In this document: positions 46,439-56,371 of the stretch, one piece after another
Layout of the letters: every line of letters begins with the position of its first letter
How positions within the stretch are numbered: the stretch's first letter is position 1
The notes under the pieces: model-generated
Databases searched by the model: none
What the model was told of the DNA's origin: nothing
What the model saw: the letters and a program-made list of their open reading frames with translations, nothing else
Made by a program: the position numbers and the translations under genes
Source: an uncultured delta proteobacterium
GTDB taxonomy: Bacteria > Myxococcota > Myxococcia > Myxococcales > Anaeromyxobacteraceae
Assembly: GCA_963845515.1 (NCBI GenBank)
Contig: CAWJSR010000026.1
Coordinates: 64,001-128,000 of the forward strand
Length of the DNA: 64,000 bases
Direction of reading: 5' to 3'

Positions 46439-47608
46439 ATGTCCGACCGTAAGCATCGCTTCGAGACGCTCGCCATCCACGCCGGCCAGCCGCCGGATCC
46501 GCGCACTGGCGCGGTCATGACGCCGATCTACCTCTCGTCCACCTTCGCGCAGGAGGGGCCGGGGAAGCACAAGGGGTACGAGTACTCCCGCTCGGGCAAC
46601 CCCACGCGCGATGCGCTGGAGGGCTGCTACGCCGCGCTCGAGGGGGCGCGCCACGGGTTCGCCTTCGCGTCGGGCCTGGCGGCGAGCGACGCCGTCCTGC
46701 ACCTCCTCGAGGCCGGGGACCACGTCGTGGCCTCCGACGACGTCTACGGCGGCACCTTCCGGATCCTCGACAAGGTCTACCGGCGCCACGGCATCGGCTT
46801 CGACCAGGTGGACATGACCGACCTCGCGGCCGTGGAGCGGGCCTTCAAGCCCGCGACCCGGCTCGTCTGGATCGAGAGCCCCACCAACCCGCTCCTCAAG
46901 ATCGCCGACGTCGCCGCGGTGGCCCGGCTGGCCCGCGCCCGGAACGCCGTCTCGGTCGTCGACAACACGTTCGCCACGCCGTACTTCCAGCGTCCGCTGG
47001 AGCTCGGGGCCGACCTCGCCGTCCACTCGGCGACCAAGTACCTGAACGGCCACTCCGACGTGGTCGGTGGCGCGGCGATGACCAACGACGACGCGCTCGC
47101 CGAGCGGCTCCGCTTCGTCCAGAACGCCGCGGGCGGCATCCCCTCCCCGATGGACTGCTACCTGGTGCTCCGCGGCCTGAAGACGCTCGCCGTCCGGATG
47201 GAGCGCCACGCCGCGGGGGCGATGAAGATCGCGCGCTGGCTCGAGGGGCACGCGCAGGTCGAGCGCGTCATCTACCCGGGGCTCACGTCGCACCCGCAGC
47301 ACGCGCTGGCGGGGAGCCAGATGAGCGGCTTCGGCGGGATGCTCGCCTTCGTCGTTCGCGGCGGGCTGCCCGCGGCCCGCGCGTTCCTGGAGACGGTCCG
47401 CGTCTTCGCGTGCGCCGAGTCGCTGGGCGGCGTGGAGAGCCTCATCGAGCACCCGGCGATCATGACGCACGCCTCGATCCCCGCGGAGCAGCGCGCCGCG
47501 CTGGGGATCGCCGACGGCCTGATCCGCGTCTCGGTGGGCATCGAGCACGTCGACGACCTGATCGCGGACCTCGAAGCAGGGTTCGCGGCGGCGCTCGCGC
47601 GCGGCTGA
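46439..47608 (+). CDS. cystathionine gamma-lyase/gamma-synthase
   Basis: YEYSRSGNPT, FASGLAA, DVYGGT, ESPTNPLL, VDNTFATP, HSATKYLNGHSD, AESLGGVESL. Confidence 0.94.
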   Translation: MSDRKHRFETLAIHAGQPPDPRTGAVMTPIYLSSTFAQEGPGKHKGYEYSRSGNPTRDALEGCYAALEGARHGFAFASGLAASDAVLHLLEAGDHVVASDDVYGGTFRILDKVYRRHGIGFDQVDMTDLAAVERAFKPATRLVWIESPTNPLLKIADVAAVARLARARNAVSVVDNTFATPYFQRPLELGADLAVHSATKYLNGHSDVVGGAAMTNDDALAERLRFVQNAAGGIPSPMDCYLVLRGLKTLAVRMERHAAGAMKIARWLEGHAQVERVIYPGLTSHPQHALAGSQMSGFGGMLAFVVRGGLPAARAFLETVRVFACAESLGGVESLIEHPAIMTHASIPAEQRAALGIADGLIRVSVGIEHVDDLIADLEAGFAAALARG

Positions 47609-47726
47609 CGGCTCTCCTGCCGCCGGGGAGCTGCACGTGCCGCACGAGGGGGGCGGCCCCCACCGGTGGGGGAGGGGGAAGTGTGAGGTCGGAGCTTCTG
47701 CGGTAGAACACGGGCCAGAGGACCCC

Positions 47727-48578
47727 TTGCGGCTCGGACGCTACGAACTCCACGCCGTCCTCGACGGCACCTTCGCCCTCGACGGGGGCGCGATGTTCGG
47801 CGTCGTGCCGCGCCCGCTCTGGGAGCGGAAGATCGCGCCGGACGCGCGCAACCGGATCCCGCTCGCCGCCCGCTGCCTCCTCGCCATCGACCGTGACGCG
47901 AAGCGCGTCATCCTGGTTGACGACGGGATGGGCGACAAGTGGGACGCGAAGCGGATCGACATCTACGGGATCGACAAGGCCTCCGGAGACCTCCTGGGCG
48001 GGCTGAAGCGGCTCGGGATCGACCCTGAGGAGGTCACCGACGTCCTCCTCACGCACCTGCACTTCGACCACGCCGGCGGCACGACGCGGCGCGGCCCCGG
48101 CGGCGCGCCGTCGCTCGTCTTCCCCCGAGCGGTCCACCACCTGCAGCGCAGGAGCTGGCAGTGGGCGCACGCGCCCACCGAGAAGGACACCGGCAGCTTC
48201 ATGGACGAGAACTACGCGCTGCTGCAGCACTCCAACCAGCTCCACCTCGTCGACGGACCGGCCGAGCTCTTCCCGGACGTGGAGCTGATCGTCTCGGATG
48301 GCCACACGGTCGCGCAGCAGCTGCCGCGCTTCCACGACGCGACGACCCACCTGACCTTCTGCGGCGACGTCATCCCCACCTCGGCGCACCTCAGGCCATC
48401 GTGGGTGATGGCCTACGACCTCCACCCGCTCACCACCATCGAGGAGAAGAAGGTCCTCGTGGCGGAGGCGCTGGAGGACGACGGCATCCTCTTCTTCGAG
48501 CACGACCCGGCGATCGCAGCCTGCCGCCTCGAGGAGCGCGACGGATCGACCGTCTTCCGCTCCGCGGTGGAGCTGTAG
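47727..48578 (+). CDS. MBL-fold metallo-hydrolase (YtnP-like)
   Basis: FALDGGAMFGVVPR, THLHFDHAGG, GHT, GDVIPT, WVMAYD, FFEHDP; TTG start inferred from GAGGA RBS. Confidence 0.9.
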   Translation: MRLGRYELHAVLDGTFALDGGAMFGVVPRPLWERKIAPDARNRIPLAARCLLAIDRDAKRVILVDDGMGDKWDAKRIDIYGIDKASGDLLGGLKRLGIDPEEVTDVLLTHLHFDHAGGTTRRGPGGAPSLVFPRAVHHLQRRSWQWAHAPTEKDTGSFMDENYALLQHSNQLHLVDGPAELFPDVELIVSDGHTVAQQLPRFHDATTHLTFCGDVIPTSAHLRPSWVMAYDLHPLTTIEEKKVLVAEALEDDGILFFEHDPAIAACRLEERDGSTVFRSAVEL

Positions 48579-48613
48579 CGCTCAAGCACCCGCTCCGGCG
48601 GAGACTGGATCTC

Positions 48614-49780
48614 ATGGAAGGCAGCGTAACGATCTCCCGCCGCGGCTGTGACCGGCTGGCTGGTGGGCACCTCTGGATCTACCGGGGCGACGTGGAGAAG
48701 GCAGGCCCCGGCCTCTCCCCCGGCGACGTCGTCGCGGTGAAGGACGGCCGCGGTCGCTTCCTCGCCAAGGCCTTCTGGTCCGAGCGCTCGCAGATCGCGC
48801 TCCGGATCGTCACCCGCGACGAGGAGCCGGTGGACGACGCGTTCTTCGCCGAGCGGATCGACCGCGCCGCGGCGCTGCGCGAGCTCACCCTCCCCGGGGT
48901 CTCGGCCCTCCGGGTCTTCCACGGCGAGGCGGACCTGCTCCCCGGCCTCGTCGCCGACCGGTACGGCGACGTCGTGGTGATCCAGACGCTCGTCCCGGCC
49001 ACGGATCGACGCAAGGAGACGCTCGCTGCCATCCTCGCGGAGCGGCTCGGCGCACGGACGGTCGTGGAGCGGAACGACGTGCGGGTGCGCGAGCTGGAGG
49101 GGCTCACGCAGACGAAGGGCGTCCTGCGCGGCCCGGAGCCCGGCCAGTCCGAGTACCGCGAGGGGGAGGTGCGGCTGGCCCTCGACGTGCTGAACGGCCA
49201 GAAGACGGGCGCCTTCCTCGACCAGCGGGAGAACCACCTGCGCGCCGGCGAGTACGCACGGGGGCGGTGCCTGGACTGCTTCTCGTACACCGGCGGCTTC
49301 GCGCTGCAGCTGGCGCGCGGCGCCGGGCACGTGACCGCCGTGGAGATGCAGGCCCCGGCCGCGGCGCTGCTGCGCGGCAACGTCGCGCTCAACGGCGCGG
49401 GCAACGTGGAGGTGCTGGAGCAGAACGCCTTCGACTACCTCCGCGACGAGTCAGAGAAGGAGCCGTCCTGGGACATGGTCGTCCTCGATCCCCCGGCGTT
49501 CGCCAAGAACAAGACGGCGTTCGCGGCTGCACGCCGAGGCTACAAGGAGATCAACCTCCGCGCGATCCAGATCCTCAAGCCTGGCGGGGTGCTCGTCACG
49601 TCGTCGTGCAGCTACCACATGCCGGAGCCGGAGCTGGAGGCGCTCGTCCTAGACGCCGCCAACGACGCCGGGCGCAGGGTGCAGCTGCTGGAGCGCCGCG
49701 GCGCCGGGCGCGACCACCCCGTGCTGCTCGGGGTGGGTGAGACCCGCTACCTGAAGTGCTTCTTCCTGCGGGTGCTGTAG
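48614..49780 (+). CDS. rlmI: class I SAM-dependent rRNA methyltransferase (RlmI/YccW family)
   Basis: GHLWIY, HGEADLLPGL..DRYG, GQKTGAFLDQREN, LDCFSYTGGF, VLDPPAFAK, TSSCS, DHP..ETRYLK. Confidence 0.88.
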   Translation: MEGSVTISRRGCDRLAGGHLWIYRGDVEKAGPGLSPGDVVAVKDGRGRFLAKAFWSERSQIALRIVTRDEEPVDDAFFAERIDRAAALRELTLPGVSALRVFHGEADLLPGLVADRYGDVVVIQTLVPATDRRKETLAAILAERLGARTVVERNDVRVRELEGLTQTKGVLRGPEPGQSEYREGEVRLALDVLNGQKTGAFLDQRENHLRAGEYARGRCLDCFSYTGGFALQLARGAGHVTAVEMQAPAAALLRGNVALNGAGNVEVLEQNAFDYLRDESEKEPSWDMVVLDPPAFAKNKTAFAAARRGYKEINLRAIQILKPGGVLVTSSCSYHMPEPELEALVLDAANDAGRRVQLLERRGAGRDHPVLLGVGETRYLKCFFLRVL

Positions 49781-49834
49781 TGGCCGGACCGGGCAGGGAG
49801 CCACGACCGTAGCGCAGGCCAGGAGCGGACCGCG

Positions 49835-51961
49835 ATGACCGAGGTCGACGAGGCGAAGGTGCTCGAGAGCTGCGCGATGCTCGGCCGGCTCGGTCCCGCC
49901 GGGAGGGCCCGGCTGAGGCTGTGCGCTGACCGGCTTGAGCTGGCGGCGGGGGATCGGGTGCCGCTCCCGCCCGGGGAGCGCGGCCCGCTCTACCTGCTCC
50001 TCTCCGGCGAGGCCTGCCTCCGCCGTGAGCAGCTCGCCCTCCGCCGGCTCGGCCCGGGCGACCACTTCGGCGTCCTCGCCTTCTTCGGCGCCGCGGACCG
50101 GCCCGAGTCAGTGACGGCCGAGAAGCCCACCGTCCTCCTGCGCGTCTCGCCCGGATGCTTCGATGGGATCGCCGCCCGCGAGCCGGCCGTGGCGCTCGGG
50201 ATCGTCGAGGCGCTGGCCGCTTCGCTCGGCCGCGAGCTGGCGCACCGCACGTCGGAGGCGGTCCTCTTCCTCCAGGGGCGCTCCCTGCCGCGCAGCGCCT
50301 CCGTGACCGTCCACCTGGGCAGCGGCGATCTCCAGGTCGCGACCGGCACCACGGTGATGGACCTCCTCCCGAAGCAGATCGACGGCGCGATCGTGGTCGC
50401 TGGGCTCCTCGGGCAGAAGCCGGTCTCGCTCTCGACCCCCGTCTTCCTCGACACCTCCCTCGCGCCGCTGACCATGCGCCACTCGGAGGGGCGGCAGATC
50501 TACGCCAGCTCGCTGGGGTTGGTCCTCCTGGAGGCGGCTGGGCGCGTCGCGCCAGGGCTGCCGGTGCGGATGGGCCCATCCCGCGGCACGCACCAGGTCG
50601 TGCAGGTCGGGGACGGCGCGGTCGACCTCGCCGATCTGTCGCGCCGCCTCTTCGCCGAGATGGAGCGGATCTGCGCGTCGGACGCCCCCATCAGGCTGGA
50701 GCTCTGGCCCACCGACGAGGCGGCCCACCACTTCCGCGAGCGGGGCTGGGACGACGCCGCCAAGCTCCTGCGAACGACGCGGCTCGCCACGCACCGGCTC
50801 GTCTCCTGCGGGGAGCTCTACGCCCTCTCGATGGGGCCGCTCCTCCCCTCGACCGGGATGCTCGGCGGCTTCCAGCTTTCGCCCGGCGACGAGGGGCTCG
50901 CGCTGGGGCTGGGCGAGCGCGATCCCCGGCTCGGCGCCACGCCGGCCACGCCGGCGGCGCAGGGACGTCGCGGCGGCGACGGCGCCATGGTGATCGACCA
51001 CCAGCGCTGGCTCGCGGGGATGGGGGTGACGAGCGTCGGCGCGTTCAACGAGCTCTGCATCAACGGCCAGGTCACCCAGCTCATCCGGATCGCCGAGGGG
51101 TTCCAGGAGAAGCGCGTCGGGCAGATCGCCGATCGCGTCGCCGCGGCGCGCGATCGGATCCGGATCATCGCGATCGCGGGCCCCTCGTCCTCGGGGAAGA
51201 CCACCTTCATCAAGCGGCTGACGGTTCAGCTGCAGATCAACGGCATCACCCCGGTCGGGATCTCGCTCGACGACTACTACGTCGATCGCGTGAAGACGCC
51301 GAAGGACGCGCAGGGCGAGTACGACTTCGAGGCGCTGGAGGCGCTCGACCTCGCCACCCTGCAGGACCACGTGGCGCGGCTGCTGCGGGGAGAGACGGTG
51401 AGGTCGCCCCACTACGACTTCAGGACCGGGACGAGCCGCGTGGACGGCCAGACCGTGGCGCTCCGCGCCGGCGACGTGCTGATGCTCGAGGGGATCCATG
51501 GCCTCAACCCGCGGCTGCTCGGCGAGGTGCCGGGCGAGGGGACGCTCTTCCGCGTCTTCATCCACCCGGCCACGACGCTCCCGTTCGACCGGCTCTCGCG
51601 CGTCTCGGCGACCGACCTGAGGCTGCTGCGCCGGATCATCCGCGACCGCCACCAGCGCGGGTACAGCGCGGCGGACAACATCGTGCGCTGGCCGAGCGTC
51701 CAGGCGGGGGAGCGGGCGCACATCTTCCCTCACCAGGTCGAGGCGGACGCAGTCTTCGACACCTCGCTCGTCTACGAGCCGGCGGTCCTCAAGGTCTACG
51801 CCGAGCGCTACCTGCTGGAGGTGCCGACGGACCACCCGGCCTACCCGACTGCGCTGCGGCTGCGCCACCTGGTGGACCGGTTCGTCTCGATCTACCCCGA
51901 CCACGTCCCGCCGACCTCGCTCATGCGCGAGTTCATCGGGGGCAGCGGGTTCGAGTACTAG
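49835..51961 (+). CDS. cNMP-binding domain + ThrRS-N-like region + uridine/nucleoside kinase fusion
   Basis: LYLLLSGE..LGPGDHFG (cNMP); EGRQIYASSLGLVL; IAGPSSSGKTTF, ISLDDYY, LEGIHGLNP, RLLRRIIRD, GERAHIFP, REFIGGS. Confidence 0.88.
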   Translation: MTEVDEAKVLESCAMLGRLGPAGRARLRLCADRLELAAGDRVPLPPGERGPLYLLLSGEACLRREQLALRRLGPGDHFGVLAFFGAADRPESVTAEKPTVLLRVSPGCFDGIAAREPAVALGIVEALAASLGRELAHRTSEAVLFLQGRSLPRSASVTVHLGSGDLQVATGTTVMDLLPKQIDGAIVVAGLLGQKPVSLSTPVFLDTSLAPLTMRHSEGRQIYASSLGLVLLEAAGRVAPGLPVRMGPSRGTHQVVQVGDGAVDLADLSRRLFAEMERICASDAPIRLELWPTDEAAHHFRERGWDDAAKLLRTTRLATHRLVSCGELYALSMGPLLPSTGMLGGFQLSPGDEGLALGLGERDPRLGATPATPAAQGRRGGDGAMVIDHQRWLAGMGVTSVGAFNELCINGQVTQLIRIAEGFQEKRVGQIADRVAAARDRIRIIAIAGPSSSGKTTFIKRLTVQLQINGITPVGISLDDYYVDRVKTPKDAQGEYDFEALEALDLATLQDHVARLLRGETVRSPHYDFRTGTSRVDGQTVALRAGDVLMLEGIHGLNPRLLGEVPGEGTLFRVFIHPATTLPFDRLSRVSATDLRLLRRIIRDRHQRGYSAADNIVRWPSVQAGERAHIFPHQVEADAVFDTSLVYEPAVLKVYAERYLLEVPTDHPAYPTALRLRHLVDRFVSIYPDHVPPTSLMREFIGGSGFEY

Positions 51962-52055
51962 GGCCGAGCCAACCCGGGCCAGTCGAGGCACCCCAGGTGG
52001 GGCAGCGCCCTGCTTGCGCCGATGGGCGTAGCCCAAGCGTGCAAGATCTCCCGGG

Positions 52056-54804
52056 ATGAGGCGCATTGCGCGGCTCGCGGTGCTGGTCATCGTCCTGATG
52101 GCTGCACGCGCGCGCGCGCAGCCGGCGGGCGACCCGACCCCCGGAACGCTGGCGCCGCTCGTCGTCATCCTGAATCCCATGGACGGCGCCGTCGTGGCCG
52201 AGCGAATCCGCCTTCAGGCGCGGGTTCACCACCCGCTGGGGCTCGATGCCGTCACTGCCGTCACCCTCTCCGTCTCGGGCGCGGGGGGCTCCACGGTTGC
52301 GCTCGCGCGCAACGCGCGCTACACGCTGGGCGACCAGCGGGCCATCTACGAGGCGTTGCTCACGCTGGAGCCGGGGAGCCACGCGCTCGTCGCGACCGCG
52401 ACCGACGCGGCGGGGCGCTCGACCCGGTCCGCGGCCGTCACCGTGCAGGCGCACGTCTTCCGCGGCGACGGAAACCTCCTGGTGACCGACGACTCGAGCC
52501 AGCTATGCACGGCGTGCCACGCCGACGCCGTCCACGGGAGCGAGGCGACGGGGCGAGCGCACGGCGCCTGGAGCACGACCTGCCGCGACTGCCACGCGCC
52601 GCACGACACGGTGAACGCCAGCCTCATCCGGGAGACGATCGAGCCGCCGTGGTTGGTCGGCGCCGAGCCCCCGTCCCCGCGCCCGGTCCGCTTCGCGACG
52701 CGCGCCGGCTACTCGGCGCTGGGCGGGCTCCCGAACCCCTTCTGGGCGACCTACACGAACGGCGACGCGAGCGGGCCCTGCCAGGTGTGCCACACGCGGA
52801 CCGCGCGGTGGCGAGCTGGAGGCGAGGTGGACGACGTCCACCAAGGCGACTGCACGTTCTGCCACCGCCACGCGGCCGGGCTCACGGCGACCTGCGACGA
52901 GTGCCAGCGCGATGCCGCCGGGGACGGGGGCGCACGCGGCGCACGTCGGCGCGTCCGCGCCGGCGCCTCGCTTCCCGAGCGATCCCCGGCCGCTCGGCTG
53001 CGGCAGCTGCCATCCGTCGGACCCCAGCGCCACGGCGACGGCGCGAGCCAGGTCCTGCTCAACCCGTCGCTCGCGCTGCGGGGTGGCACGCTCACGTCGG
53101 GCGCGAGCGCGTCGGGATCCGGGAGCGGCACGACCTGCGTCGTCGCGTGTCACTTCCCGCTGGGCTCCCCGACGCCGGGCGCGCGGGTCGCCTGGAGCAC
53201 CGTGGGACCGCTCCCGTGCACGTCCTGCCACGCGAGGATCGACCCCACCGGCGTCGCGCCGACGCCGCGCGCCGGACCTTCGCTGCACGACCCGATCTTC
53301 TCGGAGGCGCGCCCCGCGAGCGGCGAACCGACGACCTGCTACTCCTGCCACGCCTCGGGCTCGCACGACGCGACGCACCTCACCGGGAGCCCGGGGCTCG
53401 CGCCGAGCGCCGCCGTCAACGCGGTCTGCATCGCCTGCCACACGCCGCCCTCCGGACCGTCCGCCGGTGCGCCCGGGCAGGTGCTCCACGCCGGGGCGGA
53501 CGCGCGCCTCCTCGCGGACGCCGCCCGCCCTCCCTGGCTGGACCGCGGGGACGGTCGACGCGGCGAGCGGCGACTTCCACGGAGGGCGCCGCGGGACCTG
53601 CTTCGACCCGGTGGGCGGCCCGCTGCCCTGCGCCCCAGCGGCGACCCCGACCGGCTACGGGGGGACGCTAAGGGCGCCATACACCCGCGGCCAGCCCGCC
53701 CTGCCCTGCGCGAGCCTGCCACGCGGGCCACGCGAGCGACAACAGCTTCCTCTTCGCCGCGGTGGTGAACGGCACGCCGATCCCGCCGGGCTCGATCGAT
53801 CGCACCGGGGTCGGCGCGGAGAGGCTCTGCGAGGCGTGCCACGCGGGAGGGCGCCACGACCGCTGCGTCGGGTGCCACACCGACGCCTACTACTGCGACG
53901 AGAACGCCCAGTGCTGGATGGACGGCGCGGCGACCCACGTCGACCCGGCGCCGGCCGGCAGCGCCTGCTTCTTCTGCCACGGCCACGAGGGGATCCTGCG
54001 CTGGACCCAGCCCGGCCCGAACATGGATTTCCCGTGGGAGCCCGCGTGCGACCACTGCCACTCGACCTTCGCCCCCACGAGCAACAACCCGCCGACGATC
54101 GTGCCGCCGGACCTCGCCGCCCCCACGCTGCCGTACGGCGCGCCCCAGGTCTCCGCGATCACGTCGACGGGCGCGACCCTCTCCTGGCAGACGAACGAGG
54201 CGGCCTCGACGTGGATCGAGTACGGGATCGGGATGCCCGGCTACGTGACCGGGAGCGCCGCGGAGGTCTGGACGCACTCCGTCACGCTCTCCGGGCTCAC
54301 CGCCGGTACCACCTACGTCTGGCGGATCCGGAGCGGCGACGCCTTCCGGAACGTGCTCCGGACGGAGCTCCGCTCGTTCACCACGTCCGCCCCGGGCGCG
54401 GTGCCGATCCCGGACCTCCACGCGGTGGGCTGGACCGGGGTCGACGTCGCCCGAGACGGCCATGGGGCTGGCGCTCACCTGGTTCCCGGTCGCCGCGCCG
54501 ACCGGCAACCCCGTGGAGTACCGCGTCCAGCTCGCCTCGGATCCGGCCTTCGCGACCCTCGAGAACGGATCGCCGCCGGACTCCGGCTGGATCGCGGGAG
54601 CACCCACGACGATGGACGGACGACCGGCGCTCCAGCTCGGGGTCCAGCTCACCAACCTGCCGGTGGATCAGTGCGCCGAAGAGGTGCCGTACAGCACGCT
54701 ACTACTGGCGCGTGAAGGCGCGTGACGCGGTCACCGGCACGGAGTCGACGTGGTCGGTCGTCGATGGCTTCAACGCGACGTCCTTCGACCCCTGGGGCTG
54801 CTGA
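52056..54804 (+). CDS. large exported multiheme c-type cytochrome with Ig-like and FN3-like domains (six frameshifts as assembled)
   Basis: Signal peptide and Ig-like N-terminus; 14 CxxCH plus one CxxxCH when joined across shifts near 52907, 53023, 53500, 53716, 54449, 54699; C-terminal HSVTLSGLTAGTTYVWRI and YYWRVKARD; ~914 aa. Confidence 0.8.
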
Positions 54805-54805
54805 G

Positions 54806-55087
54806 CTACAGGAACTCGCAGAGGTAGGCGGCCGGGGCAGCGGCCTTCACGTCGAAGCCGCTCTTCCCCGCGACCTCGAAGGACGTCCCGGCGGGGAAGG
54901 GGCGCCACGCCTCGTCGCCCGGGTACTTCACCCAGAGCTCCCCGGAGATGACGTGCATCCGCTCGGGAGCGTCGGTGCCGAAGTGGAACTCGCCGACGTC
55001 GATGACGCCGGCCGTCTGGCGCCGGCCGTTCCGCTCGAAGCCGACGCTCTGGACCTTGCCGTCGAAGAAGATCTTGTGTGCGAGCAT
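54806..55087 (-). CDS. ppnP: pyrimidine/purine nucleoside phosphorylase (YaiE/DUF1255)
   Basis: FFDGKVQS, GEFHFGTDAPERMHVISG, AGTSFEV, AYLCEF; 93 aa. Confidence 0.92.
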   Translation of the reverse strand: MLAHKIFFDGKVQSVGFERNGRRQTAGVIDVGEFHFGTDAPERMHVISGELWVKYPGDEAWRPFPAGTSFEVAGKSGFDVKAAAPAAYLCEFL

Positions 55088-55125
55088 CCGCGCAAGAAAT
55101 CACGGCGCGTCGGGGACGGTCAACG

Positions 55126-55209
55126 CCACGGGGCGTGCCGCCCCGCCCCGCCGGCGGAGCCGTCGGGGTCCCCTCCCCTGCCGCGCGCCGACTCCGGCGC
55201 GGGCGCGGC
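55126..55209. repeat. ~85-bp three-hairpin dispersed repeat, family B copy 2
   Basis: Near-identical to 46328-46412, same + orientation. Confidence 0.88.
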
Positions 55210-55234
55210 GGCCTCGCCGCGCCAGTCGCGTCGC

Positions 55235-56257
55235 TCAGGCGTCCCCGAGGAACTCGTGCGCGGGGAAGAGGAGCACCTCCTCGATCGACCGCGCGCCGGC
55301 CAGCAGCATCAGGAGCCGATCGACGCCGACGGCCACGCCGCCGGCGTCGGGCATGCGCCCCACCGCCTCGATGAAGCGCTCGTCCAGCGGGAAGACCGGG
55401 CGGCCGAGCCGCGCGCGCAGCGCCTGCTCCTCGACGAGCCGCCGCCGCTGCTCCGCGGCGTCGTTCAGCTCGGTGTAGCCGTTCGCGAGCTCGAGCCCCC
55501 CTGCGTAGAGCTCGAACCGCTCCGCCCAGCGCGGGTCGTCGCGCTTGAGCTTGGCGAGCGCCGCCATCGAGGCGGGCCAGTCGACTAGGTAGACCGGACG
55601 CTCGACGCCCAGCCTCGGCTCGACGGCGTGCAGGAAGACGCGGAAGAAGACGTCGTCGAAGGGCTCGCCGCCTGGGCCCGGGTCGTGACCGGCGGCCCGC
55701 GCCGCCGCCGCGAGCAGCGAGGGATCCCCGGCGCAGGCTGCCAGGTCGATCGCAGCGTGGCGCGCGAAGGCCTCGGCGACGCTGATCCGATCGAACGGCG
55801 CCGCGAGGTCGAGCGGACGGCCGTCCCGCTCGACGCGCGTCCCGCCGCCGGGCAGCAGCGCGCGCGCGCAGCGATCGACCAGCCGCTCCAGGTCCTCCAT
55901 CACGCCCCGGTAGTCCGTCCCCGCCCGGTAGAACTCGAGCATGGTGAACTCCGGGTTGTGCGTCGCGGAGACCTCGCCGTTGCGGAAGACGCGGGCGAGC
56001 TGGAAGATCCGCTCCCACCCGCCGGCCAGGAGCCGCTTCATCGCGTACTCCGGGCTGGAGTGGAGCCAGAGCGGCCGCGGGGTCCCCTCCAGCGGCCGGA
56101 ACGGGGCGAGGAACGGATCGACGTGCGGCTCCATCCCGGGCGCCGGGACGAGACACGGCGTCTCGACCTCCTCGTAGGCCATCTCCTCGAACGCCCTTCG
56201 CACCTCCCCTGCGAAGCGGGCGCGAAGCCGCGCGTTCCTGACCCTGATCCGTTCCAT
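55235..56257 (-). CDS. epmA: EF-P lysine aminoacylase
   Basis: EVETP, LHSSPEYAMKRLLA, FRNGE..HNPEFTMLEFYR, AERFELY..GLELANGY, GVAVGVDRLLM; no anticodon-binding domain. Confidence 0.94.
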   Translation of the reverse strand: MERIRVRNARLRARFAGEVRRAFEEMAYEEVETPCLVPAPGMEPHVDPFLAPFRPLEGTPRPLWLHSSPEYAMKRLLAGGWERIFQLARVFRNGEVSATHNPEFTMLEFYRAGTDYRGVMEDLERLVDRCARALLPGGGTRVERDGRPLDLAAPFDRISVAEAFARHAAIDLAACAGDPSLLAAAARAAGHDPGPGGEPFDDVFFRVFLHAVEPRLGVERPVYLVDWPASMAALAKLKRDDPRWAERFELYAGGLELANGYTELNDAAEQRRRLVEEQALRARLGRPVFPLDERFIEAVGRMPDAGGVAVGVDRLLMLLAGARSIEEVLLFPAHEFLGDA

Positions 56258-56280
56258 CGGCCGCGGAGCATACCGCGGTG

Positions 56281-56325
56281 GGAAACCACCGCCCGCCTCG
56301 ACTTCCGCCGTGGGCGGTGGTTTCC
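56281..56325. other. 14-bp perfect inverted repeat in a divergent intergenic region
   Basis: GGAAACCACCGCCC-17nt-GGGCGGTGGTTTCC. Confidence 0.7.
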
Positions 56326-56371
56326 TCCATCGAGGCGTCCCCGTGGGAGCGCCCGGAGGTCACGCCCCTTG

